From the human T2T-CHM13v2.0 reference genome, Homo sapiens: a DNA stretch of 64,000 nucleotides. The stretch lies in the NCBI RefSeq assembly GCF_009914755.1, contig NC_060929.1; one strand, 5' to 3'. The notes beneath the pieces are model-generated. The model was not told the DNA's origin. It worked only from the letters and a program-made list of their open reading frames with translations, and searched no databases. Position 1 is the first letter of the stretch. Each line of letters opens with the position of its first letter. The position numbers and the translations under genes were made by a program. This document shows, in pieces, positions 25,504 to 40,731 of this stretch.

Positions 25504-27475
25504 GCTAACCAACATCAAGAGGGCACCCTTGTAGGCGGACTGCCCCATGCAGGGTGCCAGAATTGAGGAAGCTGTGGAGGGTGTTGCAGGCTGCCCAGCG
25601 TGTGGTGTTGGAGCCTGAGATGATGAGAAAGAAGTCTCTGTAGGGCTCAGGTGGCGGTGATTCTGCACAGAATCCCAGAACCTGAGAGGCAGATAGAGGG
25701 GTCCACATGGGGCAGCCAGAATGTCAAGGGTAACAAAGTTGTTGCTACAGAGACGTGGCTGGGTAAGGAATACCTGGTAAGGTGGTCATGCAGGTTGCCT
25801 TTGATGATGGGAGGTTGAAGGGGTGACTGGCCACGTCTGAGGGTGGTGCATGAGAAGATGCCAGAACTTGACCACGGAGAGGACTGTGTCTGCACAAAGG
25901 GGCAGCCTGGCATGGGATATTGGAGCCCACACAAGGTGATGAGCATATCTATGTGATAAAGTAGCTTGGAATGGGGAGTTGGGGCCCAAGAAGGCTGAGA
26001 AGAGGTCTATGCTCAGGGCATTAGAGCACAGGTCAGGTGAAGGAGGGCTTCCACATGGAACAGTGGCACATGCGGGTGCCTGGTGGAAGCGCAGGAAAGC
26101 AGTAGCTAGATGTGGGATGTTGGAATCTCAGTAGACTGAGGAGGTCATTTGCCTGGGGAGAGGGTTATGACAGTGATGGGAGATTGTTTACATTTGGGAA
26201 ATTATCCAAGAAGTAAACACATTAAGGGTAAGAAGAACCAGATTTTTTTTAACTATTGGAGATAGGAGTAAAAAATATGGAAAAGAAGAAAACTAAAATT
26301 AACCCAGTGGCATTGCATTGAGATTGGAAGCAATACTATAAATTTGTTATGTTTTATATATATGTAGAATATATAAAATACAAGGATTTCCTATCTGTCT
26401 ACTGAGATAGCACGGAAACAGTGACATCCAATAGCATGTAACACATGTAACACTCAAATATTGATTTCTATATTCCTGTCTTTGCTGAAAGAACTAGGGG
26501 TCCCTGAGGAAATGTCTGATTCTAAGTCTAGAACAAGGAAAATATAAAATAAGTCTGAAGTATCTTGTTTTGCAATAAAGCAAGCAAGTGCTCAAATAGT
26601 CATGGGGAGAAAGCAAAAGGATCCAGAGGCCAGTTCAGAGAAACTTGCACTGAAACAATAATAGCAGCAAAATAAATGTATTACAACCCAGTGAATACAA
26701 TGAAAAATGAGTTCATAGTGATACAAATAAGTAAATTATGAAATTTACAGATCAATGTGGAACAGAATGTTTACCTTATTTCACGGTACCTCCCCCTAAA
26801 CTACTTACTGGTTTTAAAGAGTCACATGACAGTGAAGAAGCCCTGCAGAAACTCCCCTAATTAAGTCAGCAAAGTGATCATAATGTGATGAATCAAAATT
26901 GTGTGCTACCTGGTAAAATGCAGTAAGAAGAGCACAACATCACTTCTATGGTATTACTGTAAAAGATGCAACCCTGTCAAAGATGCAAACCTGAATCTAA
27001 TCAAGACAAAACATCGGACACACCAAAACTGAAAATACAGTCTTCAAAAGTGTCAAGACCCTGATAGTCAAGAAAAAAAATTGAGGAACCGTGTCCAGTT
27101 GAAAGAGCCTTAAAGGCCCAGGGCAATAGTGTCCTTTTGCTGTAAAAAACATTTTGGGACAATTGGCAAAAATAATGGAGTCTCTAAGGATTAAATGGTA
27201 GCAACATCATATTCATAAGAACATGAAATTTCCTGACTTTAATTGATCTTTGCTGTATAACAGGATGTCCTTATGTAACAGAATGTTCTATAGGAAATAC
27301 ACATTAAAGTATAGCGTGGTAATGGGACATTGGGTTCAGTGTTTTAGTATTGAATGGTTTTACTCCTAAATGATTCAGTGTTTGTTTGTTTTTTAAAGTT
27401 ATTTGTTCCCTTCTGGCAATATTTCTGTTAAGTTTGAGATTGTCTCATTTTTTAATAAAATTAAAAGTTGAACAA
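25504..27475 (+). mobile_element. L1MC3/L1MC4-type long 3'UTR, including a degenerate GC-rich tandem array
   Basis: aaatatggaaaagaagaaaactaaaattaaccc, agcacaacatcacttctatggtatt and aacctgaatctaatc match L1MC 3' ends as I recall them. Confidence 0.7.
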
Positions 27476-28199
27476 AAAGTTTAAAAGCCAGAATCACTTG
27501 GGAAGATTTTAATAGCCCCATTCTTAGATATTGATGGTTATAAATATTAACATGAAACACATTACTGCATCATAATTGCAAACCTGTAACATAATTTTGT
27601 ATTTTAAACTATAACAGAACTTCAGTCATCAGCATAGAGAGTGGTGTCATAGATACCCATGACCCAGATTCAACAATTAGCAACATGTGGCCAATCTTGT
27701 TTCATTGAAACCTTTCCCCTACTAACAGATTACTTAGAATAAAGTCCAGACATCATATCATTGGTAAACATTTTCAGTGTTCATCTCTACACAGTAACAT
27801 CTTGTGTGTATTTTTCAGCTGTAACCACAACGCAGATACTCTCACACATGTGTTTCACCATTGTATTCCCACTTGCCAACAGCCAGTTGCTAATGTGAGG
27901 AATAGGGAAAGCTGGGAGGCTGGTTAGTGACATTTTTTTAAATTACAGAAAAAAGGACACCCTTTCATAGTCTTCTCTCTGGCATTTATTTTACGGTGCT
28001 TCCTCAAATATCTTCTCATTAATCTTAACAATTGTCCTATCATCCACCTTAAAGTTTTTGATGGTGATAAATAAAGGAAGTGTTAAACATTCTTTCTTGT
28101 GTGAACAGCACCTCAGGATATTCGATAGTTGTTCAGGGAAAGTTATTATTGATAGGAAAATGCCAGCTAATAAATGAATGATGAACGATAGAATTTGAA

Positions 28200-28660
28200 T
28201 ACCACCACTTTACATTCCCTGTTGAGATAATAGAACCAGGCAATAATAATAAATGACTTATCAAACTGTGAGGTGAAAACCCTGTGGGGAATTTTATAAT
28301 GGTTGTATTGAACTAATAACATAAAAAAATCCATGATTAATCTTAACAAAAATAGAGGCATCCAAGTATTATATATTCCTTAATGTAAAGCAATAAGATT
28401 CACAAACCACTTTCAAAATAAGGCAGAAACTTGAAACTGATTCTGATAAAGCCTCTAGTCTAAATATCATGTTACGGGAAATACAGGGGATAAATGAGCC
28501 CATTAAATAACACCATGGGGATGCAACCAACCAAAGTCCAGAATGGAGAAATTCTAGAAGACAACAAATAACTTAAAAAAAATAGAAGGAGGAAGAGAAA
28601 ATTTTTTCAAATTAAATGAGATCTCAGCAATATATTAGTGTAATGCAAATGTGTGCATTA
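28200..28660 (+). mobile_element. L1MC4/5-like 3' fragment
   Basis: aacaccatggggatgcaaccaaccaaagtccagaatggagaaattcta. Confidence 0.6.
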
Positions 28661-30619
28661 CAAATTGTACAAAATATGGGCCTTCCACTGGCTCTCAAGA
28701 AAAGGGTGGCTATACCTATTTTCTAAGTTAAATATTTAGAGGCTTCATTAATGCAAGAAAATGGATATTGAGCAATTAAGCTTGAGGGAAAATGCAAACT
28801 ATACATACAACCACAGTGACAGGACTCAGATTACAATATATTTACATATGATACATTTAAATGGTGGCTGCCTTTTCAACATGACAAATTTCTAGCTGTT
28901 TATTCTGAACTGTGGTTTGTCTCTATTGTCTGTAAGAGTGAGGATTATCAGCTCCTTGCTGTTACATAGATGGTCCATCCACTAAGCATAATTCATGCCC
29001 ATCACTAAAATCACGCTTAATGTTTCTGTGATCTAAATATTTTATGTTATTTACATTTGTTTTTTCTGCTTCCATGGAGAGTTCTCCAGTGAGCTGTAGT
29101 TCCATAAAATCAGCACATTTTCATCTTTGCCACACAGATAGTGGCAGGAGACTGATGTGTAAGAGAGAAAAGGATGCTTAAAACAGTAAAATTCTATTGA
29201 AAAAAAATCAATAATTTGTTTTCAGTTAGGAACAAAAGAATAAGGTTATAGATTTTTTTTTTATTCTGAAGACACAATATTGATGGGTTCCATTAAAGCC
29301 CATGAGAAATTCGATTTTTAATGGAGTTGTTCTTTCACATATGCTGAACAGATTGATTTAGGAAGTTCTTATTCACACTATTTGAAGGCAAGTGTGGAAA
29401 CTGTTTCATATAAATAAGGAATATGCTAAAGCCGGAGAAATTTTTTAAAACCATGTGCAGAATATAGAGTATCACTATATTTAAATATGCTTTAAAGTAA
29501 TTTTTGTTAAAAAATGTCTTTTTTTGTGCTCAATTTAAGCCACAAGGTAGTGAAATGCCACTGTGTAATTCAGCACCTTTTTCTATAAATGGCTTTCCGC
29601 GTTCCAGGAGTTTTGTAGTGCTAGACCCTAGAAACACTGACAACAACATACAATCCACAGATATCACCAGCTCGCCTCTTAATAATGACCACTTTAGGCC
29701 TAAAACATGTAATTAAGCTCCAGTACTAAGCATCTCAATGAAGGATATTGCTAAGTAACCAGTTTGCAACTTACTTAATTAGCATAAACAAAAAAAGCAC
29801 CACTTAGACTTTAAGTCCTGGGGCACCAATGGGCCTCTTTTCATTTGCAGCGCTTCTTGAGCAATTTTGAAAATAGGAAGTGATAATGAAGATTATTACC
29901 CTGTTGCCCTGTTAGCCACACTTAGCATTAGAACTGGAAAGAATAAGAAATTAGAGAATCACATTAGCCCTTTTTCATATGAATTCTGAAATTCATGAAT
30001 TGTTAAGTAGATTTTATTCTGGATATAGGAAGGATTCTGCGGGGGCTTAATCATTAGCAATTATTCTTGACCTCTTGAGAAAGCTTCCCGTTTTTTGAAA
30101 CTCATGATGAGACTCAGTGTAAAAGGGGCTCCTGACTTGGCTCAAGGAAACACTTAAATTTTATTTTAAAGCAAATTTTGGCAAAATAGATTACAGTCCA
30201 TGTTCATTCAATGATTTATAATAGTTTTTTTGGTGTCTACTACATAGAAATTATTTTAGTAGAACAAGAAGAATGTAGGGAAACCAGGTGAGAGGTTATT
30301 GCCATCATCTGAGAAAGAGACAGTAGTGGCTTCGACCAGGTAAATTTAGTGATGCTAGAAATAAGAGATCTGAAAGGATCCAAGATAGATGTGGGAGATA
30401 AATATAGCAGGATCAGCTGTTATAGAGAAAGAAAGAAATCAAAAGGATGTTTAGTCTTCTAAGATAGACAACTTGGTAGAATATGGTCCTAATTAGTTCA
30501 ATACAAATACACAACGGAGGTTAGTTATTTAAAGTCATAGCTTTGGAAACAGTTAACCTTTTCATTTTTAGTGCTGTACTTTTTGCTCTCATGTTGGATG
30601 TTCTTTAAGGCAGAAATTC

Positions 30620-32240
<1,621 letters not shown>

Positions 32241-32369
32241 GGGAACAGATGCCAGATCAGTGCCCTAATATTCCTGCTTGTAGTTGGTGTTGAGCATATT
32301 CCTGGGACCTTTGATTTTCTATGTTCTGACACTCACAGATTTCAAGACAAACAAATGATAGAAGGCAGA

Positions 32370-32530
32370 AATCTTTGGACTTGGTATTAGAAGACTTTAC
32401 TTCAAGTCTTTGTGCCTCTGCCTACCGTCACATGACCTTAGGCAAATTGTTTTCTCTTTCTCTTTAAGCCCCAGTTATGCAACTGCAAAGGAATTGGGAT
32501 AAAACAATTACTTCATAAGGTTATTGTAAA
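32370..32530 (+). mobile_element. MIR
   Basis: tgaccttaggcaaatt...ctttaagccccagtt. Confidence 0.65.
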
Positions 32531-33103
32531 AAAAAAAAAAAAGTGTGTGTATTATCTCATTGCCTGCTACATACAAAGAACATAATCAACTGTATATATA
32601 ATGTATATACAATTTTATCTGCATTTTCTAAATTCTCTAAACAGCATATTATTAATCTTTTAATCAAAGAAAAACCAAAATCATAAACTTTATTTGTAAG
32701 TGAGAAAATTATAATGGAAAAGGTCTTTGAAAAATCTGACTGTCTAATCAGTAAGAAACATTCCTGGGCCATGTGCCCATACAGGATTTTAACTATATGT
32801 GTCCATAGATTTTACATGTTACAGAATCCAAGGTAAAGAGCTGTTTTGTGTGATGTGGCTGTCTCTGGGCTCTCCTAGATTTTTGTAACTATAATGAGCG
32901 TTGAAACTTTGATTCACTTTCCTGCTTGGGTATTCTTCTATGTCCATGGAAATCAACATTGTCAATTTTGATTTCTTCTTTTTTGTCATTTACTATGAAG
33001 TCAGACATAATTTATAAAGAAACATTGAAAACTACCTCTGTTACCACTGATATTTCCCAAAGATAGCGAGGTACCTTTCTAAATTGAACTCTGATTTTTG
33101 CAG

Positions 33104-33148
33104 AAAGGATGAGTGATGGTTATTCTTTTGATGATCAATATGGAAAAG
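33104..33148 (+). other. Candidate 45-nt frame-preserving exon (RMSDGYSFDDQYGK)
   Basis: ctctgatttttgcag| acceptor, AAG|gtgtga donor; length divisible by 3. Confidence 0.22.
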
Positions 33149-34312
33149 GTGTGAAACCCACAAGGATCACTGAAAAAATTTAATGAGGCTTCAATTTAAT
33201 TATGTCAGAATTCAGTGTTTAAAACTCCAAATAATTTGCTTTACCCAGTATAATTTCAGAGGCAGAGGAACACAGAAAGAAAATCCTGGACTGGGGATTG
33301 GTGTCCAGCTCCTGCCCTACCACTAATGAGCTGTGAGACCCTGGATGAGGCTCACACTGCTCTAGTCCAGTTTGCTTTGGGGATAAAAAGATAAAGAAAA
33401 AAAAGGGAAAGAGAAGAGGTTGAACCACTGTTCCTTTTGTTTGTAATATTCACCAACTTTCCGATTCTGTAACAAAATCATGACATCCCTTTAAGGAAGA
33501 CTCTGTTAGGGTGTTTTAGTGTTTGTTTACAGATTATTAACTGACACAGAACTGTCAGTTGGGAGTTAGCGATCAGGGAAAATTAAAAGTCCTTCGTTTG
33601 GAGTCAATGCCAATAAAAAATGAATCTAAGATGGAAAATAAAGCATATCTGAAAATGCTGTGTAAGTCTGTAGGGAAAGTAATGGTAATAAAGAGATAAC
33701 CAAGTATCTTGTTGCTCTTTTAATAGACACGTAAAAGCAGGGGCTTGAAAACACGCATTGCTCTGGAAAGAGTTTAATGATTTATTTTGCTTTAGTTTAT
33801 TGAATTTAACTTAATTTTATGATGTGCCAAATTATTCTTAGGAAACACAAGTTAAAATGTTATTAAAATATAAACACATTTTACATTAATAAAATTTTAG
33901 TGGAAATTAGAAAAGCAAACTATTAAAGGATCTGTCTCTTCATGTTTTAAAAAAGCAACCAAATACCACATTTCTTTTTTGTGTATAGTTTTTACTTGTA
34001 CGTTTTAGGCAGCAGAATTACAGAATTTTTTCTCTCTCTCTTATCAGTGACTAAAGATAATCTGGAAACATTTTGGTTGCAAAATAATTGTTTTTAGAAA
34101 GGAAGAGCCTGCTTGCATGCAGAAGAATGCAAATAAGATACTGAAAAACCCTCTGATCTTTTGCCTAGACCCCCTTTTCCCTCTAAAGCAACTACTGTTA
34201 ACAGTTTGGATTGGATCTTTCCAGACCCTTTCCTGTGGATTTTATACTCATAAATAAGTACCTATGAAAATATACAGAATTATTCAGTGTTTTGTATTTT
34301 TGTTTGAATTAG

Positions 34313-34625
<313 letters not shown>

Positions 34626-34875
34626 TATACTACGTTTTAAAACTCGAAACTGTCTTGGAGATACAACATTAAGATTTACCTTACTCTACTTAACTCCTCT
34701 ATAGTACTCCTCATTAACCTTGGACCATAGTTTACTTAACTTTTTCTCTAAAAAGCATCTTTGTTTCAAAATGCTCCTAAGCTTAACTATAAACTTAATA
34801 ACTTTGTTTTACTTTAAAACTCTAGTCTGAAATATGTTTAAATCCACTAATGTAGTACTCATTTTGATATTAGCA

Positions 34876-35187
34876 TTTTTTTTTCTTTTTTTTTTGAGAC
34901 GGAGTTTCGCTCTTGTTTCCCAGACTGGAGTGCAATGGCATGATCTCTGGCTCACATCCACCTCCGCCTCCCGGGTTCAAGCCATTCTTCTGCCTCAGCC
35001 TCCCGAGTATTAATCCCCTCCTGGGATTACAGGTATGTGCCACCACACCTGGCTAATTTTGTATTTTTAGTAGAGATGGGGTTTCTCCATGTTGGTCAGG
35101 GTGGTCTCGAACTTCCAGCCTCAGGTGATCCACCCACCTCGGCCTCCCAACGTGCTGAGATTACAGGCGTGAGCCACCGTGCCTGGC
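34876..35187 (-). mobile_element. AluSp-like
   Basis: gtttcgctcttgtt, gcaatggc, tttctccatgttggtcagg; TSD GATATTA(G/A)CATTT. Confidence 0.95.
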
Positions 35188-36339
35188 GATATTAACATTT
35201 TGGATCCAGTAATGTGAATATGTGGAATGGAAGTACACGAATCATACAGGATGTTGTCCAGAGGCTATTGTGGATGTCTAAGTATTTTGCGTCCTTTTTT
35301 AAAGGAAATATAATTATAGGTTTAATTGTCAAGAGATTCTGAGACTAAATTATATATGTTGGCAAATGGAATTCCTTTCGGACTGTTTACTTGTTACTAT
35401 AATGCGTGAGTGTTGTTCAAACTTTTTAAGAACCCCTCATGGCAGAGGAAAGCAATAGTGGCCCCATTAGATGCAAACTTAGCCTGAAGCAGTTTACCAG
35501 CAAGCAGGGAATTTCTTTGAAGTCTAGTATTTTATCTTAAATATTCATGTGAAGTCTTAGTTTAATTTTAGAAAGTTATTTTAGATTACATAATATATAG
35601 TAAATTTGAAAGTCCAGGAAGATGCAGCCTATTTATCCTGTGGCTTTGAGTGCTCACAAGGTGTATTGCTGGATGGCCTTGCAAGTCCAAGGGTCCCAGT
35701 TAGAAACTGACACACAGTGCTTCCTTATGAGGTACTACCATTGAGAAGTGTCTGGCAAAATCACTAATACCTACTCTTAGAATATCCTTGTAGTGCATTA
35801 AAACCTAATTTTTCACATATGTCTTTATCAAGGCTCTATGCTTACAAGTAGTAAAAACCCATACAACTACTTTAATTTTTAAAAATGTGTGTGTTGGGAG
35901 TGGGGGTGTTTATTAAAGGCAGAGAGATTAGTGTGTCTCACGGAACTAATGTCAGAGAGTAGAGGGCTTCATGAAGAACCACAGTTGGGAACAGGAAAGG
36001 AACAAAGCCCAGGTGAGCTGGGATCTGTGCCTCACTGGGTCTAACTGGATCTTCTCCTGACTTTTCTCTGAGCATATGATCCACGAGTCTCCATCTCTTT
36101 GCATATCACGAGCCAACATGTGAGACCTCTGCTCAGCTTCTGTATCAATGTGCTATCTGTTCAAATGACTAGGAGAGGCTAATTAGCATTTTTCAGTTTC
36201 AATTTTATATTTACAAGGAAGGGACTCTGTATCAGAATAGGTCTCCAAACATGGGTATACTTGAGTTGGTATAAGAATTCAAGACTAAGAATTATTCACA
36301 AAAAAGTGACAAAATGTAGTACTGACATATTTCGGTTAC

Positions 36340-36431
36340 CTTGTAATTGACATAATTGCCTTTAAATTGTCTATAGAAGGCTTCCTATCGCCGTATAACT
36401 TCCCATCTTCCAAAATACTTATTTCAAGAAC
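36340..36431 (-). CDS. Candidate internal exon (92 nt), VLEISILEDGKLYGDRKPSIDNLKAIMSIT(R)
   Basis: gttatgatttatag| acceptor, AAG|gtaacc donor; single open frame; non-repetitive; retains CpGs. Confidence 0.3.
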
Positions 36432-37044
36432 CTATAAATCATAACAACGAGTATATTAATACATCAAAAATATATCTGGCTTGTGTTCTATTACTCGGAT
36501 TCCTCAGGTGCCAGAAACTAAAGATGAAGTCAGTTAATTCAGTTAAAGAAGGGAAAATAGGGGTAATTTAACTGTCCTCTAGCTGAAAGTCCAGGTTCAG
36601 GGTCATACTCTGAACACAATTATATAATAATTATTATTTATACTTGGACAGTTTACTTAAGGGAGAAAATCAATGTTTTCCCTAACTCCAAGGGAATCTA
36701 AATTTTCTTGGAATGTTAAGTTGATTATACCAAGATTAATGAAACTATAGTCAGTGAGTAAAACAGTAAAAGCCATCTTACTAAACTCTTCTATCACTTT
36801 TAATGATTTGTCTATATATTTGGTAAGGCAGAGTTCTATATAAACAATTATATCATCGCAAATGATGTCAATTTCATTTTCTTCTTTTCATTTCTTTCAT
36901 TTCTAGTTCTTATTTTAATGCCTAGAAATCCGATACAATTGTTGAGTAATACACTGATAATAGGCACTCATGCCTCATTCCTGATTTTAAAGGAAATGCT
37001 TCAAAGATTTTACCATTTATAATGATGTATGCTCTAGACATTTT

Positions 37045-37207
37045 TAAAAATTATACTTTAAGTTTTAGGGTACACTGCACAACATGCAACTTAGTTACAT
37101 ATGTATACATGTGCCATGTTGGTGTGCTGCACCCATTAACTTGTCATTTAACATTAGGTATATCTCCTAATGCTATCCCTCCCCGCTCCCCTGGGAACTG
37201 AACAATG
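37045..37207 (-). mobile_element. Very short L1PA3/4-like 3' end with an inverted 5' piece
   Basis: attatactttaagttttagggtac...catgtgccatgttggtgtgctgcacccattaac; TSD ATGCTCTAG(A/T)CATTTTT. Confidence 0.9.
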
Positions 37208-37378
37208 CTCTAGTCATTTTTAAAGCATGCCATTTATCAGGCTAAGAAACCTTTTGTTCCTAATTATGTAAGAAATTGTGTGGATTTTTTCCTGTATATG
37301 AGTGTTACATTGTGTCATTTTTTTGGTATTAGAGAAGATAATTATATGATATTTTTTCTCTTTAAATCTCATATTGTT

Positions 37379-37671
37379 GGCCAGACATGGTGTCTCATGC
37401 CTGTTATCCCAGTGATTTGAGAGGCTGAGGTGGGAGAATGGCTTGGGCCCAGGAGTTAGAGACCAGCCTAGGCAACATAGCGAGACTCCATCTCTACAAA
37501 AATAAAAAATTATTTGGGCATGGTGGCATATGCCTGTGGCCCAAGCTACTTGGCAGGCTGATGTGGGAGAATCTCTTGGGCCCAGAGGTTTGAGGTTGTG
37601 GTGAGCTATGATTACGTCACTGCACTCCAGCTTGGACGACACAGCAAGACCCTGCCTCTTAAATAAATACA
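37379..37671 (+). mobile_element. AluJ
   Basis: J diagnostics gcaacatagcgagac and gagctatgat; TSD TAAATCTCAT. Confidence 0.92.
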
Positions 37672-37717
37672 TAAATCTCATTTTTTTTTGTAAAAGAAAT
37701 TTATAAATTTTCTAGTA

Positions 37718-38054
37718 CAGATTGAGCATCCCCAGTCTGAAAATTTGAAATCTGAAATGCTCCATAATCTGCAACTTTTTGAACACCAACATAATACCAC
37801 AAGTGGAAAATTCTAGGTGTAAGTACTTAATACAAACTTTGTTTCTTGCATAAAATTATTAAAAATACTGTATAAAATTACTTTCAGTTGTGTGTATAAT
37901 GTGTATATGAAACGTAAATGAATTTTGCGTTTAGACTTGGGTCCCATCCCCAAGATATATCATTATATATATGCAAATATTCTGAAATCTGAAAAAGTCA
38001 AACACTTGAAACACCTCTGGTTCCAAGCATTTTGGATAAGTGATACTTAATCTG
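37718..38054. mobile_element. Tigger4b/MER46-type Tc1-mariner MITE
   Basis: TIRs CAGATTGAGCATC / GATACTTAATCTG, flanked by TA. Confidence 0.85.
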
Positions 38055-39633
38055 TAGTAAACCATTCTTGCATAATCGATATAAACCCAATTTTATCATG
38101 GTATGTTACATAATATATTACAATGTTGGGCTCAATTTGAAAAGTTCTTTTAGGAATTTAAAAATTTATATTCCTTATTAGACTGGGCCTCTAATTTTCT
38201 TTCTTATAATGTTTATCTGGGTTTGGTGTCTGCTTTGCCCTGACCTATACCTCCTTTTCTGTTAACTGGCACAATGTGCATAAAAGTTGGATCTCTTTCT
38301 TTAAATTTTGGTAGCACTCATCTGTGAAATCGACTGTACCTGTTCTTGTGTTTTGTGTTTTGGGATTTTGGGGGAAGGGGTTTCCTTGAGTCAGTTGTGA
38401 TTAATTTGTTTTCTGGACATTTCATTCAGGTTTTCAAAATTGTTGGCTTATAGCTATTGGTAATACTTTTCTTTTTTTGTTTCCTTGAAAGTTCTATTTT
38501 TTGTGTATGTTGTTGTATCTTGTTTTCATTCATAATCGTTCTTATTTGAACCTTCTGTCCTTTCTTGATCTCACCAGAGGTGTGTTTATTTTGTTGGTTT
38601 TTCAGACAACCACCTTTTGACTTTATTGAACTTTATGTAGTATTTTTTTCTATTTTAATAATAGCTATATTATATTTTTACCTCTTTCTATTTTCTTTGT
38701 TTTACATCTTTTTTCTAAACTTGTAAGCTGGACACTTAGTTCAATAATTTTGAGACTTCTTTGTTGATAAGTATTTTTTGTACAAACAAATCTGTGAGGT
38801 GATAAAGATACTCCCACTACATAGAAAAGGCTGGTTCTGCTCACATTATATCTAAATATGCTTTTAGTTTTGCATGTATCTGTTCATTCAAAAAGCATTT
38901 ATTAAGAGCCTATTGTTTTCCCAGTTCTGGGTTTTGCAAGTAGAGAAAGGGAGACATAATCTAAAAATTCCAAGAGTCTATATTCTTTTCTTGTTTCAGA
39001 ATAAAAACTCTTATTTTGTTTAATAAGCATGCAATAAAATGTGTAAGTCTTAAGCACTTGAATTGAGTTTTGAGAATTTATAGACTCAAAACAAGTTAAG
39101 AATATTTATTTCCCAGCGGAAATCTCCCTTCAGCCCCTTTCCAGTTGTCCCACCTCTCCCTGAACGTGATATGCTTTCTATCATCACAGATCAGTTTTGC
39201 TGGTATTTGAATTTTGTACATATAGAACCAGACAGTATCTACTCATTTACGTAGTTCTCCTCTCACTTAACTTCATGCTTTCGACCAAAGCATCCAGTTG
39301 TCGCATCTATCATTTTTTTATTGTCTAGTATCATTACATTCTGTAGATATATGATGATTTATTTATCCTTTCTCCTCTTGATAGATATTTGGTTCATTTC
39401 CCGTTCTTAGTAATTTTGATGAGGTTGCTACAAACTTCCTTCACAAGTATTTTGATTGACATACATTTTAATTTATTTGTGTAAACATTTAGAAGTGAAA
39501 TTGCTAGATTGTAGGGTAGAAATTTGCTTAGACTTTAAACCATGATTGTCAGAATATAATCTGTGGATCTCTGGGAATCTTAACAATATTGCAGGAGGTT
39601 CTCAAGGTCAAAATTATCTTTGCGATAATTCTA

Positions 39634-40308
<675 letters not shown>

Positions 40309-40395
40309 ATGAGACTTTACCAATAGTGATGGTATTACAGTATTATTTGCTACCACACACCCTCTGTATGCCAGTTTCAATTAAGAATGTCCTTG

Positions 40396-40731
<336 letters not shown>

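Larger units (their letters stand above)
36840..38760 (-). mobile_element. Ancient L1M ORF2 fragments, interrupted by L1PA, AluJ and Tigger4
   Basis: cctcattcctgattttaaaggaaatgcttc...; ttggtagcactcatctgtgaaatc. Confidence 0.65.

Noticed and set aside
33125-33178. Box C (TGATGA) ... box D (CTGA) snoRNA-like arrangement
   Set aside because: Only ~45 nt between the boxes, imperfect box C, only an A/T terminal stem, and no recognisable guide.
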